From assembly GCA_964016885.1 (NCBI GenBank), contig OZ024741.1, forward strand, positions 393,390,001 to 393,454,000: 64,000 bases of DNA, written 5' to 3'. Shown one piece after another: positions 38,367-51,346 of the stretch. Within the stretch, counting starts at the first letter, position 1; the number at the start of each line of letters is the position of its first letter. The notes below the pieces were generated by a model that saw nothing but the letters and a program-made list of their open reading frames with translations, had not been told where the DNA came from and did no database searches. The translations under genes were made by a program, and so were the position numbers. The DNA is from Eledone cirrhosa. Taxonomy: Eukaryota.

Positions 38367-41306
38367 TGTGGGGCTAGGATGCTGGAATTGCATGGGCAGT
38401 TTTGCGTAAGCGAAGGGCTTTTCGGCGTCTCTTTTGGTCTAAAAGATGTACTGCATGTGATGTGCATATTCGTGGCTACTATTACTCGTGTGTGACACTT
38501 GCTATTGTAGTGACCCCTAGCGTTGAGAACTCAGAAGTAATGAGAGTTACGTCCCTTGGGGACTGTAGTGACCCCTAGCGTCGAGAACTCAGAAGTAATG
38601 AGAGTTACGTCCCTTGGGGACTATAAATTGAGAGACTGAAGTGGCTCTATCTCTTTTGCTACCAGCAGCCCTCGAGAGAAGATGAACTTTGCCTTCACCC
38701 ACAACACGTGGAGTGAAGATACCAAGAGCAAACTCTCTCACCCACTATGGTCTCAAACCACTCAGCAAAAATGAATCAACTACACAGATAACATCAACAA
38801 TCTTTGTAACTCATTGGTAATATGTTTATTGTTCTATTTTGACTTCAATGAAGTAAACCTTTCTACAAAAAGTAAATCAGCCATTCTTATTCTTTCAACA
38901 ACAACTGTTATAATAATATCTGTACTAATACCATTTGCTAAACTATGTTCTTTGGCCGGACATAAAACAGGTGAACATCCGTGCAGTCTTGACATGTGTG
39001 AAGGCAGGTCCCTTCACTAGTGAGGTGGAGATGGCTGCGAGCCATTGTGATTGATCTCATGTTGGATGGAATTGATGTGGTAATGGGCATGGATGCAATT
39101 GGCTGCTTTGGAAGCATTACAGTGAGTGAGGTCAGAGTAATGTTTGATAATGCAGGAACACCATGTGCCATGAGTATGCAGCAGAGGAACAGGGAGATCA
39201 ATAAAGAAAAATGTGCTGTTCATATCATACAAGGAAATTTCAAGGCTGTGTTCGATAGTTAGTGGTGGATATTTGAGTGGTACTGGAAAGGAGAGGCCCC
39301 GACTTTCAAGAACACAGTGAGTTGATATCAACATACCCTGAAAGGGGATGCTAGAAGCGAGTTTGAGGGAGAGGTGCAAAGATGGATAAAGGAGGGCATA
39401 TTAATTCCTTGGAAGGAGCAGATAAAGAGCAGAGTGTTGTCGTTAATGGCAATAGTGCAACCAACGAAGAACAAGGTCAGGCCGGTGCTGGACTTTCATA
39501 GACTGAATGAACACGTGTCACACAGGCGGCAAAGTCACAGATGTCTGTGGGGAAACCTTGCAAGAGTGGAGACAAATGATAGGGGCCTCCACAATTGTCG
39601 ACTTATAGTCGGCATATCTGCAGCTACATGTAGCTGAAAAACTGGAAGTATCAGCTGATCAGGTATAACAGCCAGGCATACTGTCTGATTAGGCGAGGGT
39701 TTGGGTTGAATTCAGCACCAAAGATCATGGCGACAGTTCTCAAGGCCATTCTGGGGAATGTAGACAAGGTGAAGAGGGCCACCAATTCCTATATCAATGA
39801 TATCTTGGTAGACGGCACCATATGGTGTGATGCCAGCAGCATAGTGCTAGGAGTCGCTCTGGAAATAGGGTGTGTTGAGGTCAAAGATGCAGTCTAGTTT
39901 ATGAAGAATGATGATTGCAACCACATCAACGTGGCCGAATTAGACACTGCTGAAGGATGTGAATCTCACCCTGAGATGGGGACTGCACAACAAAGAGATT
40001 CGTACTGATTCGACCCCTGTACTCAGATGGGTGAGATCAGTACTCACCAGCAAGAGGAGGATGCGAATGAGAGGAGTGGCAGACATGCTAATAAAGAGCC
40101 ACCTGGGAACTCTGGGAGAGTTGGCTGCTGAGTTTGGCCTGAAGTTGAGTGTTGTTTTTGTACTCTCAAAGAAAAATAGAGTGGATATCCTAATCAGGAT
40201 GAAGAAAGCCTGGCTGGAAGTGCCAGAGGATGTGGAAAAGGGGATAGTTGCAGTGTGTCAGCTGAGTAACTCAGATTTGAGGAGGTTGCGTACCATGCAT
40301 CATTTGGGAGCTGATAGAACCCTGTTCTTAGCCAGGAAAGTTGACTCTGAAGGTACCAGAATGTGTCCAGAAAGAGGTTAGGATTTGTGACAGATGTCAG
40401 TCTATCAACCCTGCCCTGGGCATGTACGACATGGGTAACATCCCAGTGGAGCACAACTGGAAGCAATTGGCAGTGGATGTGACACACTACCGACGGGATG
40501 TATCTCTGAATGGTCGATTGCAGACTGGGGCGGATGTCAATATGAAGGGAAATAAAGACGGGGACTGTGCAAGAAATTCTTGGAGTGGTGCCCTGTGGAT
40601 GAACTGTTGATGTTTCTCTTGGAGGCGCTGAAGGAGTTGCTCAATGGGTGGAATGTGAGCTGCTACTTCAGAGCGGCATACAGACTGAGTGGAAATGGGA
40701 TCTTGGAAATACATCATCGCACAATGAAGGCCATGGCAGAGAAAGGACACATTTCGCCAATGGAGGTGGTATTCTAGTGCAACATATCTCAGGTGGAGAG
40801 AACATGTGTTCGTACAAGTGGGCAAAGAAGTATGAGTCAAGACCTCAAATGCTCGTTGCACATCTCAGTGGGGAAAGGGAATGGTAATGGCTATAAATTC
40901 CCGAAACAACATGTCTGAGGATGGAATGCTGCATCACGTCTTGGCTGTCTGTAGAGTTATTGATTTGACAGACTTCGGAGAAGAGGAGAATGAAAGCACT
41001 GCCCCAACTGTGCGGAGATCGCAACGGGAATGTTGCCCACCCAAGTGGATGACTGCCTGACATGGGGTGTTTGATTCTTGAGATCAGGGGTGAGAGTGTG
41101 TGGGGCCAGGGTGCCGGAAGTACAGAGGAAGTCTTGCCAGAAGCAAGGGGTCTTTTAGTCTGGAAGCCATACTGTGCCCGTACCGGCTGCTAAGATCGAG
41201 TGCGTGAGACTTGCTATATTCTTTGGCTGGACATAAACAGGTGAACATCCGTGCAAGGAGATTCAGTCTGTACATGTGTGAAGACACAAAGGCAGGTCTC
41301 TTCACT
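38367..41306 (+). mobile_element. Decayed Gypsy-like LTR retrotransposon with gag deleted
   Basis: 5' LTR 38367-39018 (split by a solo LTR) matches 3' LTR 41099-41306; purine tract at 41086-41096; fragments LDGIDVVMGMD (protease end), KVRPVLDFHRLN (RT), WCDASS...HINVAELD...TDS (RNase H), HLGADRT...CDRCQ...LAVDVTHY (integrase). Confidence 0.85.
38506..38942. mobile_element. Solo LTR nested in the 5' LTR of the gag-less element, with a 58-bp terminal duplication
   Basis: TSD CTAT at 38502-38505 and 38943-38946; termini TGTAG...CTAAA; 38506-38563 repeated at 38564-38621; the 3' LTR shows the empty site (CTTGCTAT-ATTCTTTGG). Confidence 0.75.
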
Positions 41307-41611
41307 TTGTACTATACCCACTAAAAAGACGGGATAGTCAGAGATTTCAGCTTATGTCTGCTTCATCAGAGCAGACTTGAGGAAAACAACATGCCTAAAT
41401 AGACTAAAAACATAATCCTTCCATTCTTCAGTGTAGTAAACAGTATTTGATCTCTCTGTGATGTTATGATGGTCAGTGTTTTAAGTGAAGAATATGGCAG
41501 AAGTGGGTAGGTATCATTGAAATTATAGATATTAAGTCTTGATGTGGAGATATGGATGTCTGGCTGGTGGGGAGGGTGATTTCGGAGTAGCAGGGCTTAG
41601 GGCCTTATTTA

Positions 41612-41726
41612 TTTGTTTCTACTTTTGGCACAAGGCCAGCAATTATCCCAATGTATTACTGGTACTTTATTTTATCGACTCCGTAAGGATGAAAGGCAAA
41701 GTTAACCTCAGCGGGATTTGAACTCG
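41612..41726 (-). mobile_element. SINE family A (3' part)
   Basis: Body and B-box match other copies. Confidence 0.85.
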
Positions 41727-41864
41727 GAATTTATTACTAATGTGTTAGGGTTTAGAGAGATAGATAGACAAAGTGATATACAGTGGAATAGACAGACACA
41801 TACATATGTACATTCATGCATATACACATATACATACATACATGCTGATTACTGCTTCTTGTCA

Positions 41865-43530
41865 GAAGAGAGCTATCCCTCCATTGAACATTGCACAATC
41901 ATGTGAATGCAGGTGACTTTTCAGACCAGCTTTTATTTTGCAAACATGTTCACAGATGTGACACTTCAACTGTTTGTCTCCTGGCATTACTGGCTGGGGT
42001 GTGTCCACTAACTGACTTGCAAAGTATGCCTTACTCATTGCAAATGTACTGCAGAGAGTGTGGTAGTAGAACCATCTCACAAGTGGCACAATTTCTTCAG
42101 ATGGTTGACAAATCCAGCTCTTGATAGAAGAAATCATTCACATATATTGCACCTATTCCTGCTGGATATTTGCAGGCACTGCACGTGGGTCCCACTTACG
42201 GAGCAAACACTTCAAAACAGCATGCTCCACTTATCATTCTCCATGATGTATGACCTTCAGCCAATGCCTCCCACGTCTCCACAGCTTTAACATTGTTTTT
42301 TATGACATCCCAAAACTACTTCTTTGGTTTATGGCCTTTTTCTTCTGGTCAGCTCCCCAATAAAATAACTGTTTAAGCAGCCTTCCATTTTCCATCCTGA
42401 CTGCATGATCACTCCAACACATCTGGTTCATTACAATACTCTCCTCAATACTGGTGCTATCCACTTTCTCAAGTACAGTAGCATTAGGTGTGTAGGAGAA
42501 CTATTTGATGTTCATGATGTATTAGATATTATGCTAATGAAACCTTTTCAGCTGCCTAATATGATGCCTGTAAGTTATCTATGTTTCATATCTGTATATC
42601 AGGGCTGTGTGAACACAAGCCTCCTATACAGAGAGTTTTATGTTTCTCATGATGCCCCAATCTGACCAGACTTGCTTTTCAAGCTTCCTGAAGGAAAGAT
42701 TTACTCTTTTGCCATCCTATGATTTATTTCAGCACCGTGGATGCACTAAGATGTCCACCACTTCAAGTCTTTTCCCTTTCACAAAAAGGCCAGGCTCCAC
42801 ATACACTTCTCCAACTGGTTTGTCTTTTATTAATGCTAATATTTAGCCAAAATGCAGTGCATGTATTGGAGAAGGTGTTCAATATCAACTGTATGTCCTC
42901 TACAGTGTGTGCTACAAAATCTGCATCATGGAATTGCATACAGGAATTGTCTGATAAGTTTTGGACTCAGTGTTAAAGTCTTAGACCAAAGACTGAAAAG
43001 CATATGTCAGTAGTATGGTGAAGCAGATGGAAAACAGAGTGAGTGCAGGTATGCCACTGATATTGGCTCTGAAAGTATCCCATCGAAGTTCACATTTGCC
43101 TTCATATTTTGATGGAGTTTTTTTTTATATTCCAACAAATTTAGGAGGACATCTCAATACGTTTTCCCAATATGACCCACAATGCACTACGATTAATAAC
43201 TTCAAAGGCTTTAGAAAGGTTCACAAATCCTTGGTACAGTGACATTCGCTGCTCAACACACTTATTCATAAGTCGGTTAGCTGAGAAAATCATGTCCATA
43301 GTGCTCCACCGAACTCTGAATCCACACTGGGTCTCAGGGATGAGACCAGGGAAGATCCATTTTATTAGACGATTAAGCAAGACTTTGGATAAGACTTATC
43401 TTACCAATTCAAGCAGACTTAAACCATGATAACCACCATATTCAGACGTGGAGTCCTTGCCCTTGTAAATCAAAAGCAAAATTGCATCTATACAGTCTTG
43501 CAGGTGAGGCTCAGTCAGCCATAACTCGCT
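41865..43530 (-). mobile_element. RTE/BovB-like LINE, RT to 3' end, decayed
   Basis: LIPETQCGFR...STMDMIFS...FVNLSKAF (43141-43380); C-terminal C2H2 CHICEHVCKIKAGLKSHLHSH. Confidence 0.85.
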
Positions 43531-43777
43531 TGGTATGTAATGAGGTTACTCAGCTGATGTGTACTTAAGAAAGTACTATATATTTTCAACCATTCAACTG
43601 AGTGGCAGAGGTATACAGTCCTGATAAAGGCTAATGACCCAGAAACATGTTGCTTGTTCCTCAATATCCATGTTGAACAAATAGTTGATTTGTTATCATG
43701 AATTACATCTTGATTGCATGGGAGAACCGTTGAAATAATTATAATGAATGAACAATTTATGTAACATCTTTATTAAT

Positions 43778-44160
43778 GTGGATTGGCAGTATCGGTAGAG
43801 GGTCGAACGCCATGCTTTGATGCATAGAGTTACGGCCCTTGCCATTCTGAGTTCAAATTCCGCCGAGGTTAACTTTGCCTTTCATCCTTACGGGGTCGAT
43901 AAAATAAAGTACCAGTAATGTACTGGGTAATTGCTGGCCTTGTGCCTAAAGTAGAAACAATTATTATACTGAATTTAGGGCAGTGGATTGGCAGTATCGG
44001 TAGAGGGTCGGACGCCAAGCATAGAGTTACGGCCCTTGCCATTCTGAGTTCAAATCCCGCTGAGGTTAACTTTGCCTTTCATCCTTACGGGGTCGATTAA
44101 ATAAAGTACCAGTAATACACTGGGATAATTGCTGGCCTTGTGCCAAAAGTAGAAACAATT
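43778..44160 (+). mobile_element. Two head-to-tail SINE A copies (43778-43966 and 43983-44160)
   Basis: Both start GTGGATTGGCAGTATCGGTAGAGGGTCG, share the variant GGCCCTTGCCATTCTGAG and are followed by ATACTGAAT. Confidence 0.92.
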
Positions 44161-44248
44161 ATACTGAATCTCCATTGTAACTACAAACTACGAATGTTGA
44201 GAGCTTTCTCCTACTTGCTCTTGTTTTTACCAAAACAATCTCTTCAGA

Positions 44249-44279
<31 letters not shown>

Positions 44280-45833
44280 CACATATACATACACATACAT
44301 CATACATGCTTGATTACATCCATACAACTAAAGTGTTCTTTCTATTCTTTATAGGCAAATATATGCTCTATTGGTGTTATAGTTGACTAGCTATATATTT
44401 AGGCAGGCAGATAGGAAGACAAACAGGTAGAAATAAGGGATTGTAATCATTTATATATATAAACAAAATTTGTTTTCGCTTTAATAGAAAAAGGTGTGCC
44501 ATTATTTGTAATGTTCTATACATGGTTAGTGAGCTGGGTGTCATATTTTTTTGTCAAGGTTTTTTGACAGTTGTTTCATGGTTCAGGTGCCAACTTTTGA
44601 ACCAGCTCTTAGGCATTCTGACATAAGTCCAGGCTCCAGTTTCGTGATTCTGGTTTGTGGGGGTCACTTTTTGATATATTACCACTGGAGTGTTGATCTA
44701 GTGGGCATTAAATGGAGTATATCAGAAAAATCTACCTCCTAAGTTAATTTGGTGGCTCTGTAACTTGGAAAAGTGGAATATACTCTCACAACTGGCTTCA
44801 GAGAAACACTGCTTAAATACCCACTTTGACTGCTTTACTTGCTGTCCATATAAAGCGAAATTCATTCTGATAAAATGGTATAGACCAGACTAACTAATTT
44901 GAATTGTAAGGAATGTAATTTATTTGAATTTCAAGGAATTTGTTTTCTTTGAATTACTAACTTAGCCCAAGGTGCCTACATTTGGAATTTTTTGATAGTT
45001 ACCTCCCTTTAACCTATCTAATAATTTTGTTTATTTATAACTAAATTCAAAATTATCTGCCCTTGCAGATCTCTCGCATATTAAAAAAAAAACCACCAAT
45101 CAACCGTGGGAGTAGCCATTTTCTTTTTATATAACAGGCTGAATGAGTTGGAGTCTATAACCCAATGAAACTTAAGTAACTGTATATGTCACTGTTGCAA
45201 CTAATTATATTTAACTTACCTTATGGACTGAGTGCTCTTACCCTAGGATATTTCTACCAAACTTCTACTACAGTATTTTATGTAATAAAGTTGTAGTTCC
45301 TGTGTGTTTGTTCACAAACTCCTCCTATGGTTTTGGAGATAGACCCCCACAACCATATATATTCTGAAACTACATTGCCCAGGGTACTTGGATAAGTATA
45401 TTTCATTTTAATCAATGGGTTCCCCGGGGGCACAAACCCACGCTTGCTCCTGCTGAAAATATTTTCCCTTCGATTCATATGAAATTTAAACCATAGGTAA
45501 ATGACAAGATATACCTATTCACAAAATTTCAGCAAATTTCAATAATATTATATTGGAAAGAGGAAAGAAAGTTCGACGTGTTGGGCTTAAGCCTTTCTTC
45601 AGGAGTGCAAATAGACACAGGATCACAATGAAGAAACAGAAAATAGTGGTGGTTGTCTTAGAAATTCATTGGTTCACCTTTTGTCAAAGTTTCTGTCAAA
45701 TGTTTTTTATTGATAGGTTAGATCTTGTGGTTGTATTGTGTGGATTGTGTCAGTGTAGCTTTTGGTGTTGTTGGTTTTTACTTTCTTAAGAAATGAGTTT
45801 TCTGAGTTGCATTCTATTATAAATTGTTCTTCA

Positions 45834-46183
45834 CTAGCTGACGTACCCAGCTTCGCCCGGGTAAACAGATGATAAAAGAAGATAGGTAAAAGAGAAAATG
45901 ACTGTATTGGATGTTTGTCTGGTTACAGTATGAGGCGAGTTCGTGGTGTCTGTGTGATACAAAAAAAAACAGTAAAAAAAATCTTCCAGATATACCAGAT
46001 TCTTCGTTGTACCGTTTGTGCATAGTATATGAACAATTCTAGGTGCTCCCACCTAGAATAGTGACCTCTAGGAGATGGTTCAGCTTCTGCCTGACTGTAA
46101 AACGTGTATCATTGCATAGACGTGGTTTTTCCACGCTTCTTAAAAGGATGATGGAAGTTCCAATCTTTTATATTATATGTAGA
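45834..46183 (-). mobile_element. Non-autonomous Helitron
   Basis: Minus 3' end CCCGGGCGAAGCTGGG...GCTAG then T; 5' end TCTACATATAAT. Confidence 0.7.
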
Positions 46184-46204
46184 TATAGATATAGATAATT
46201 AATA

Positions 46205-46688
46205 TAAAAGATGATGCTCAGCCAGTTCGTCTTCAACCATCGCAGCACGCCGTCGCTGCTTGGCTCCAGTGTTTCGTTGGCGTTGTTAATCCAGCTCCTC
46301 TTCATTCATGGCGGCACGTCTTCGCCTCTGAAGTTCGGCGTTCTGATGGCGCTATTCGGCCCGTTTTTCTTCATTCCTGGCTGCATGCTATCGCCGCTGT
46401 AGTTCACTGATTGATAAAGTTGAATTGCTTTTACTTTCTGTGGAATGCTGCACGCACACACACATAAACATACATGCACGTACATACACACGCACACATG
46501 GTAATAGTTACAGCGTTCACTTTGCCTCTCTGTTTCTTACTCTCCCCTCTCACTCCCTCATTGACATTATGTATATTAATTTAAGTTTGGCGTCGTTTAG
46601 GTGGGCGGAGTTGTTTGAAACCTATGAACCAATGATAATCGAGAATTATGACACACGGAATACTGACATTGTTGAAATTAATATATAG
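46205..46688 (-). mobile_element. Helitron 5' fragment with decayed N-terminal charged repeats
   Basis: Minus translation QRRRRAAMNEEELD*QRQRN...QRRRAAMVEDELAE resembles the STPR-like repeats at the N-terminus of Helitron RepHel proteins. Confidence 0.5.
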
Positions 46689-47559
46689 TGTGAGAACTAG
46701 TTTTCGTTGTTCTTCTATCTTTGTAATGAGATTAATTCCTCATTCTCACATTCTTGCTTCCATGAGAGTGATGTCCAACTGTCTCCATCATATTTTTTGG
46801 AGATTTTGATTTCCATTTGTTTATCAATGTCCTTGTGATTTTGTTCATTTGAGTTTTCTTTTAAGTTCATTAATTCAATTTTGTTTCGTAATTTTTTTAG
46901 AGATAGTTTTTGTTGTATTTGTTTTTGTGGTTCTGGTTCACCATTGATTGGTTTTAGCTGTCCTTTCCTCAGTAATATCAGTGGGGTTGAGTTTATCCGG
47001 CATTAGTAGATATTTGCTTTGTTGTTATTCTTTAGTATGTTCCAAAATGTGGATTTTCTGAGGATGAGGTTTTTATTCCATATGTTGCCTATTTGTTTTT
47101 TTTATAAGGAAGATATCTCTGGGGACATTTTCGGATGATTCTCTAAGTGACGGCTTATTTTCTAATTGTCTTGTTCGAACGATCATTTTTATGTTTTAAC
47201 ATAGCTTTCTATGTTATTGTTGATTTGGCTGTCTTCATCTTTTGTTGTATGTTTTTCTGTGAGTCCTTGAAATTTGTCCAATTTATCCGTTAGGGTGGAT
47301 AGTTTTGTGTTTGACTGTTTAATTAATTAATTGCTTGATGATTTCTTTATTTATATTATTGTCTGATTTTTCTATTTTAAGTGGCATTTTCAGTGGCTTG
47401 TATAATGTTTGATATTGAAAAAATTAAAATGTTAGGGTTTTCTTTACAAATTACTTGTTATAGGGAAAATAGGGTTTGAAACTGCAATGACTGACCTTTT
47501 GTTTATTTAGAAGGTTTCTGTGTTAATGTGCTAAGATCGATCTTGTATTGCTTGCATGG

Positions 47560-47619
47560 ATGGAAATCCTGAAAATAACCTCCAATGAGAACATAACGTC
47601 ATCTTTCTACACTACACCA
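47560..47619 (+). CDS. Galectin, probable first coding exon (exon 47511-47619)
   Basis: Branch point plus acceptor ctgaccttttgtttatttag at 47491-47510; ATG 47560 gives MEILKITSNENITSSFYTTP, phase 0, donor gtagtg; in frame with the next exon. Confidence 0.6.
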
Positions 47620-48905
47620 GTAGTGTATATAAAAATATAGCCCTCTGACACAATCAGTCCTCATGAATAGCTCACAAATCATTCATTCATTCATCAAACC
47701 ATTAAAGTTGTTAAAAATAATAGAACATGCAATCCATGGTTTTTTTATATTTATCACAAAACTTCAGCATTGTGGTGACAGAATAGAAGTATATTAGATT
47801 TGCTGTAGAGGGTCAGAAACACTACAACTATGTCTACAAAACACAAGTTCTACCTACATTGGATTACTACTCACATATTTGGGTTGATGCTACTGCTATA
47901 CAGTTAAACATACATGGTTGCATCCAAAGAAGCCATCTAGTTGATTGCTAAAGATTCACTTACCCAAACACTGCAAGCACTAACAAACTGCATATTGTCT
48001 ATACCCAAGCCTCATACCAGAAATCATGCATGAAAAACTTAACCCAGAATTACATCTCTGCAGAAGTCATGCCTTCTTGTTACAGGAATTTGTTGACCTC
48101 ACCCCTCTAGGAAGACCTGCAAAGATACTGAATTCTTCTACTTCTCTTTTTTACACACTCACACATGCCCCCACCACGCATGCACACACACATATACAAA
48201 TACTGATTTCATCTTTATTCCTACTGTTTTATTGAAGATTTTCTCCTTTGTATTATTCATATTCAATTTTGTTCATTAGCAGACTTGGTAACATGTTGAA
48301 CAAAATCCCTTCTGGTATTTAGTTGCAGCTCCACATTTTCATTTCAAATTCTGCCATTGTCATCTTTTCAAGTTGATAAAATAAGTGCCTGTCAAGTGCA
48401 TTGGACCTCTGACGTTTCTGAGGATGAGTGTTCCAGTTGTCTCATCAATGGAACAGCTAGCTTATTAAATTAATGTTTGAGTGGCCAAAAATTCCACAGA
48501 TAATTGTACGCTTAATGTAATTCTCAGGGAGATTCAGCATTACACATTGTGTGACAAGACTGGACCTTTGAATTACAGGTATAATTCCTTTTTGCCAGCT
48601 GAGTGAACTGGAGCAATGTGAGATGATGTGTGATGCTCAAGGACACAATGTGTCACCAGTAAACTCGTAGCCAAATACCCCAAACCATCAAGCCACATGG
48701 AAAATAGTGAGGGAAGCAATATGGTATGTTTGACATTTTAATGTGGTTCAAAATTAATAGATCTATCAACTTTGAACCAATCAAGTACTGGTGTCAATAA
48801 AATAAATACCACTCAAGTATTGGGATTGATTTAATTGAAAAATTTTCCCTGAATTAGTGGCCTGGTGTCTATATTACAAGCATTTTTTTAATCCAATTTT
48901 TACAG

Positions 48906-48994
48906 ACTTCACCATATATTAAAGAAATTCCTGATTGGCTTATAAGTGCAACAACTGTAACTATTCGTGGTAAAGCTGAATTTAATACAAAAGG
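48906..48994 (+). CDS. Galectin CRD exon 1
   Basis: tttttacag|TSPYIKEIPDWLISATTVTIRGKAEFNTK-GG|gtaact; phase 2 joins the next exon. Confidence 0.88.
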
Positions 48995-49919
48995 GTAACT
49001 AAAAGTAATTCTTAACATTTTTCTTAAGTCAGTATTTTAAATGTTTCTCATATTTTATATGTTAATTCAGACAGATTCATATATTTTCTTTCTAAACTTT
49101 CTACTTTGTATTCTAATTTGTATTAAATTTGATTTGATAATAAAAATAAAGTAATATATCTACTGCGTAATGCCAGAAGTCTCAGTCCTGTGTCATTGCA
49201 CCTCTGAATGGTGATGACACAAGATCAAGACCTCTAGCATTACAGAGTAACACAGAAGAACCACCTTCCAATGTGCATGGGTTAAAGCATACATCCAGTA
49301 TGCATCACTCTCCCCTCCCCCACCCCTTCCATACACCTCACATGTCCTAACGTTCCACCCACGTTCTAACACCCCACCCTTCATCTGCCTCGCCCCAGCC
49401 CACACTGTAAAGTGGTTGATTTTGGTGCCACAACAAAAAGCACTCAATTCACACTGTAAATGTGGTCGGTTTTAGGAAGGGCATAGCAACCATTTCTGTA
49501 TGAGCAAGACACTGTTACCTTATCTAGCTTGTCTCACAATGAGACAACTCGTCTATCCCATGCTAGCATGGAAAATGAATGTTAAACATTGATGATGATA
49601 TCTAATAACCTTAGAAACTACAAAATTGATTTTTCACATTTTTCTACTTAAAATTTGATAAGTAAAAATCTACCAAATTTTTTTTCACAATCTGAATCTA
49701 AAATAATGTAACTACAGATTAAGTGAAATAGTAGAGCTGCTGAATTCTTGAGTTTTAATATTTAATATCAATTGTATATTACAGGATGATGACCAGCAAT
49801 AAATAAATAACCTAAAATGTTTTGTTTTATTGTATTTAGTTTCATGTATTTTATTATTTTGAGCATGCTATAACTGTCATTTTCAATGCCAGATAATTAT
49901 TGTTTTTAAGATGGAACAT

Positions 49920-50110
49920 ATAGGCACAGACATGGCTATATAATTAAGAAGTTTGCTACACAACCACATCGTTTCACGTTTAGTCACATTGTGGGAAACC
50001 TTAAGCAATTTGAAAATAAGTCCTAGGATCAATATGATCAACTAAAATTGGTGTGTCAGCATGGCTGCAGTCAAATTATTAAAACTAGTAAAAGTGTAAA
50101 GAATAAAAGA
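49920..50110 (+). mobile_element. Diverged tRNA-derived SINE (octopod CORE-type look-alike)
   Basis: GGCACAGACATGGCTA...AAGAAGTTTGCT..CAACCACAT...CCTTAAGCAA head and TAAAAGAA tail. Confidence 0.55.
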
Positions 50111-51135
50111 ATATAGGACACAGGCACACATAGACATAAATACAATAACTTGGCTGCAATATAATACTGCAGGGTTTATAGAGCAAGATGTATGGCTATT
50201 TAGAACTTGAACATCGGCATATTGGATTATTGCAGTGATGAGAAAGGCAGTAGGAGTTTAGATGGTACACTTGCAGAAATATATTACAATTAATGAAACC
50301 CCCTCCCCACCAAAACAAAACAATGGACAATTCTTTTGTTTCTAAATTTGTTTTGTTTCTAAATATGTTCAAAGAAAAATCCTTTTCTTTTTGCTAAATA
50401 CCAGTGTTGTTGTTTAGTTTCTGACTAATTACATAGATCTTTGAGCAATGGCATTCTAACTATAACAGTAACAGTTGTTTTTATTGTTTTGTCCTATTTT
50501 TAACTCTTTAATTATCATATTTCTAATGAAACACACTGCCTATGAATTTGGAGGGATTTTGTAATAAAAACAACTTTATACATACAATTATGATGGAAGG
50601 TTTCTAGATAAATATAAGTAGTTTAAAATAAACAGTTTTGTACCATAGAACCAATGGCAATTTCAAGCAGTTTGTTATAAAAAGGGTAGGATGTGATATG
50701 AAGGAAATTTGGTTGCTATTTCAGGTCAAGCAATTCCATAGAACAGGGATGGAAAACCTCTTCTGCATGAATAAAATTTATACTGGAATCAAATCTGAAA
50801 CAACCCACAAACAAAGCCTTTAAAAATCTAAATGAAAAAACAAAAAACAATCTCTAAGTTTAGTGACCAAAACATCAATTTAATATAAATTGCATAGTTA
50901 TTAAGACAGAAGTTTATTCCAGTTTCATTGGCATTAAGTAACTGAGCATACGTGATTCCTCATTGGATGAGGTTAACCCCCAGCTAATGCTGATAACACC
51001 CTGTTCAATGTTTTCACACCACTTACTTATAAATCTGTAAGATCAAAGATTCATAATATTGTAATGTCACTTTTCATTATACTTTCAAAACCATCTTCAT
51101 CTTTAATATTCTTTTGTTTGCATTTCTGTTTTAAG

Positions 51136-51346
51136 GTTTTCTGTTAACTTCTCAAGTCGACCTTGTATTGATCCTTTGCCAGATACTGCTCTTCATTTGA
51201 ATGTCCGTTTAGATGATGAAGTTATTGTGCTTAACCATTATAAAAGTGGACGATGGGGTTCAGAAGAAAGGATCCATAGCAAATACTTTTTACAGCAAGA
51301 TCTATCTTTTGAACTCATGATATTGATAACTAAACATGAATTCATG
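51136..51346 (+). CDS. Galectin CRD exon 2 (sugar-binding 'W' exon)
   Basis: ttttaag|G-FSVNF...DTALHLNVRL...VLNH...WGSEER...FELMILITKHEFM|gttagc; full H-x-N-x-R, N and W-x-x-E-x-R galectin signature. Confidence 0.95.

Larger units (their letters stand above)
45570..47420 (-). mobile_element. Probable Penelope-like remnant (A/C-rich minus strand), interrupted by Helitrons
   Basis: Degenerate hammerhead-like motif at 45571-45606 and strand-biased decayed coding-like sequence at 45610-45830 and 46700-47420; no clear catalytic motif read. Confidence 0.35.

Noticed and set aside
41335-41375. Hammerhead-like CTGATGA-AGC...GCT-GAAA on the minus strand
   Set aside because: No stem III or stem I; it lies in a family C repeat whose other copy (about 19990-20030) lacks the core.
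44875-44883. ATG|gtatag as the galectin start exon
   Set aside because: Weak context; the exon at 47511-47619 has a stronger acceptor and a better-fitting N-terminus.
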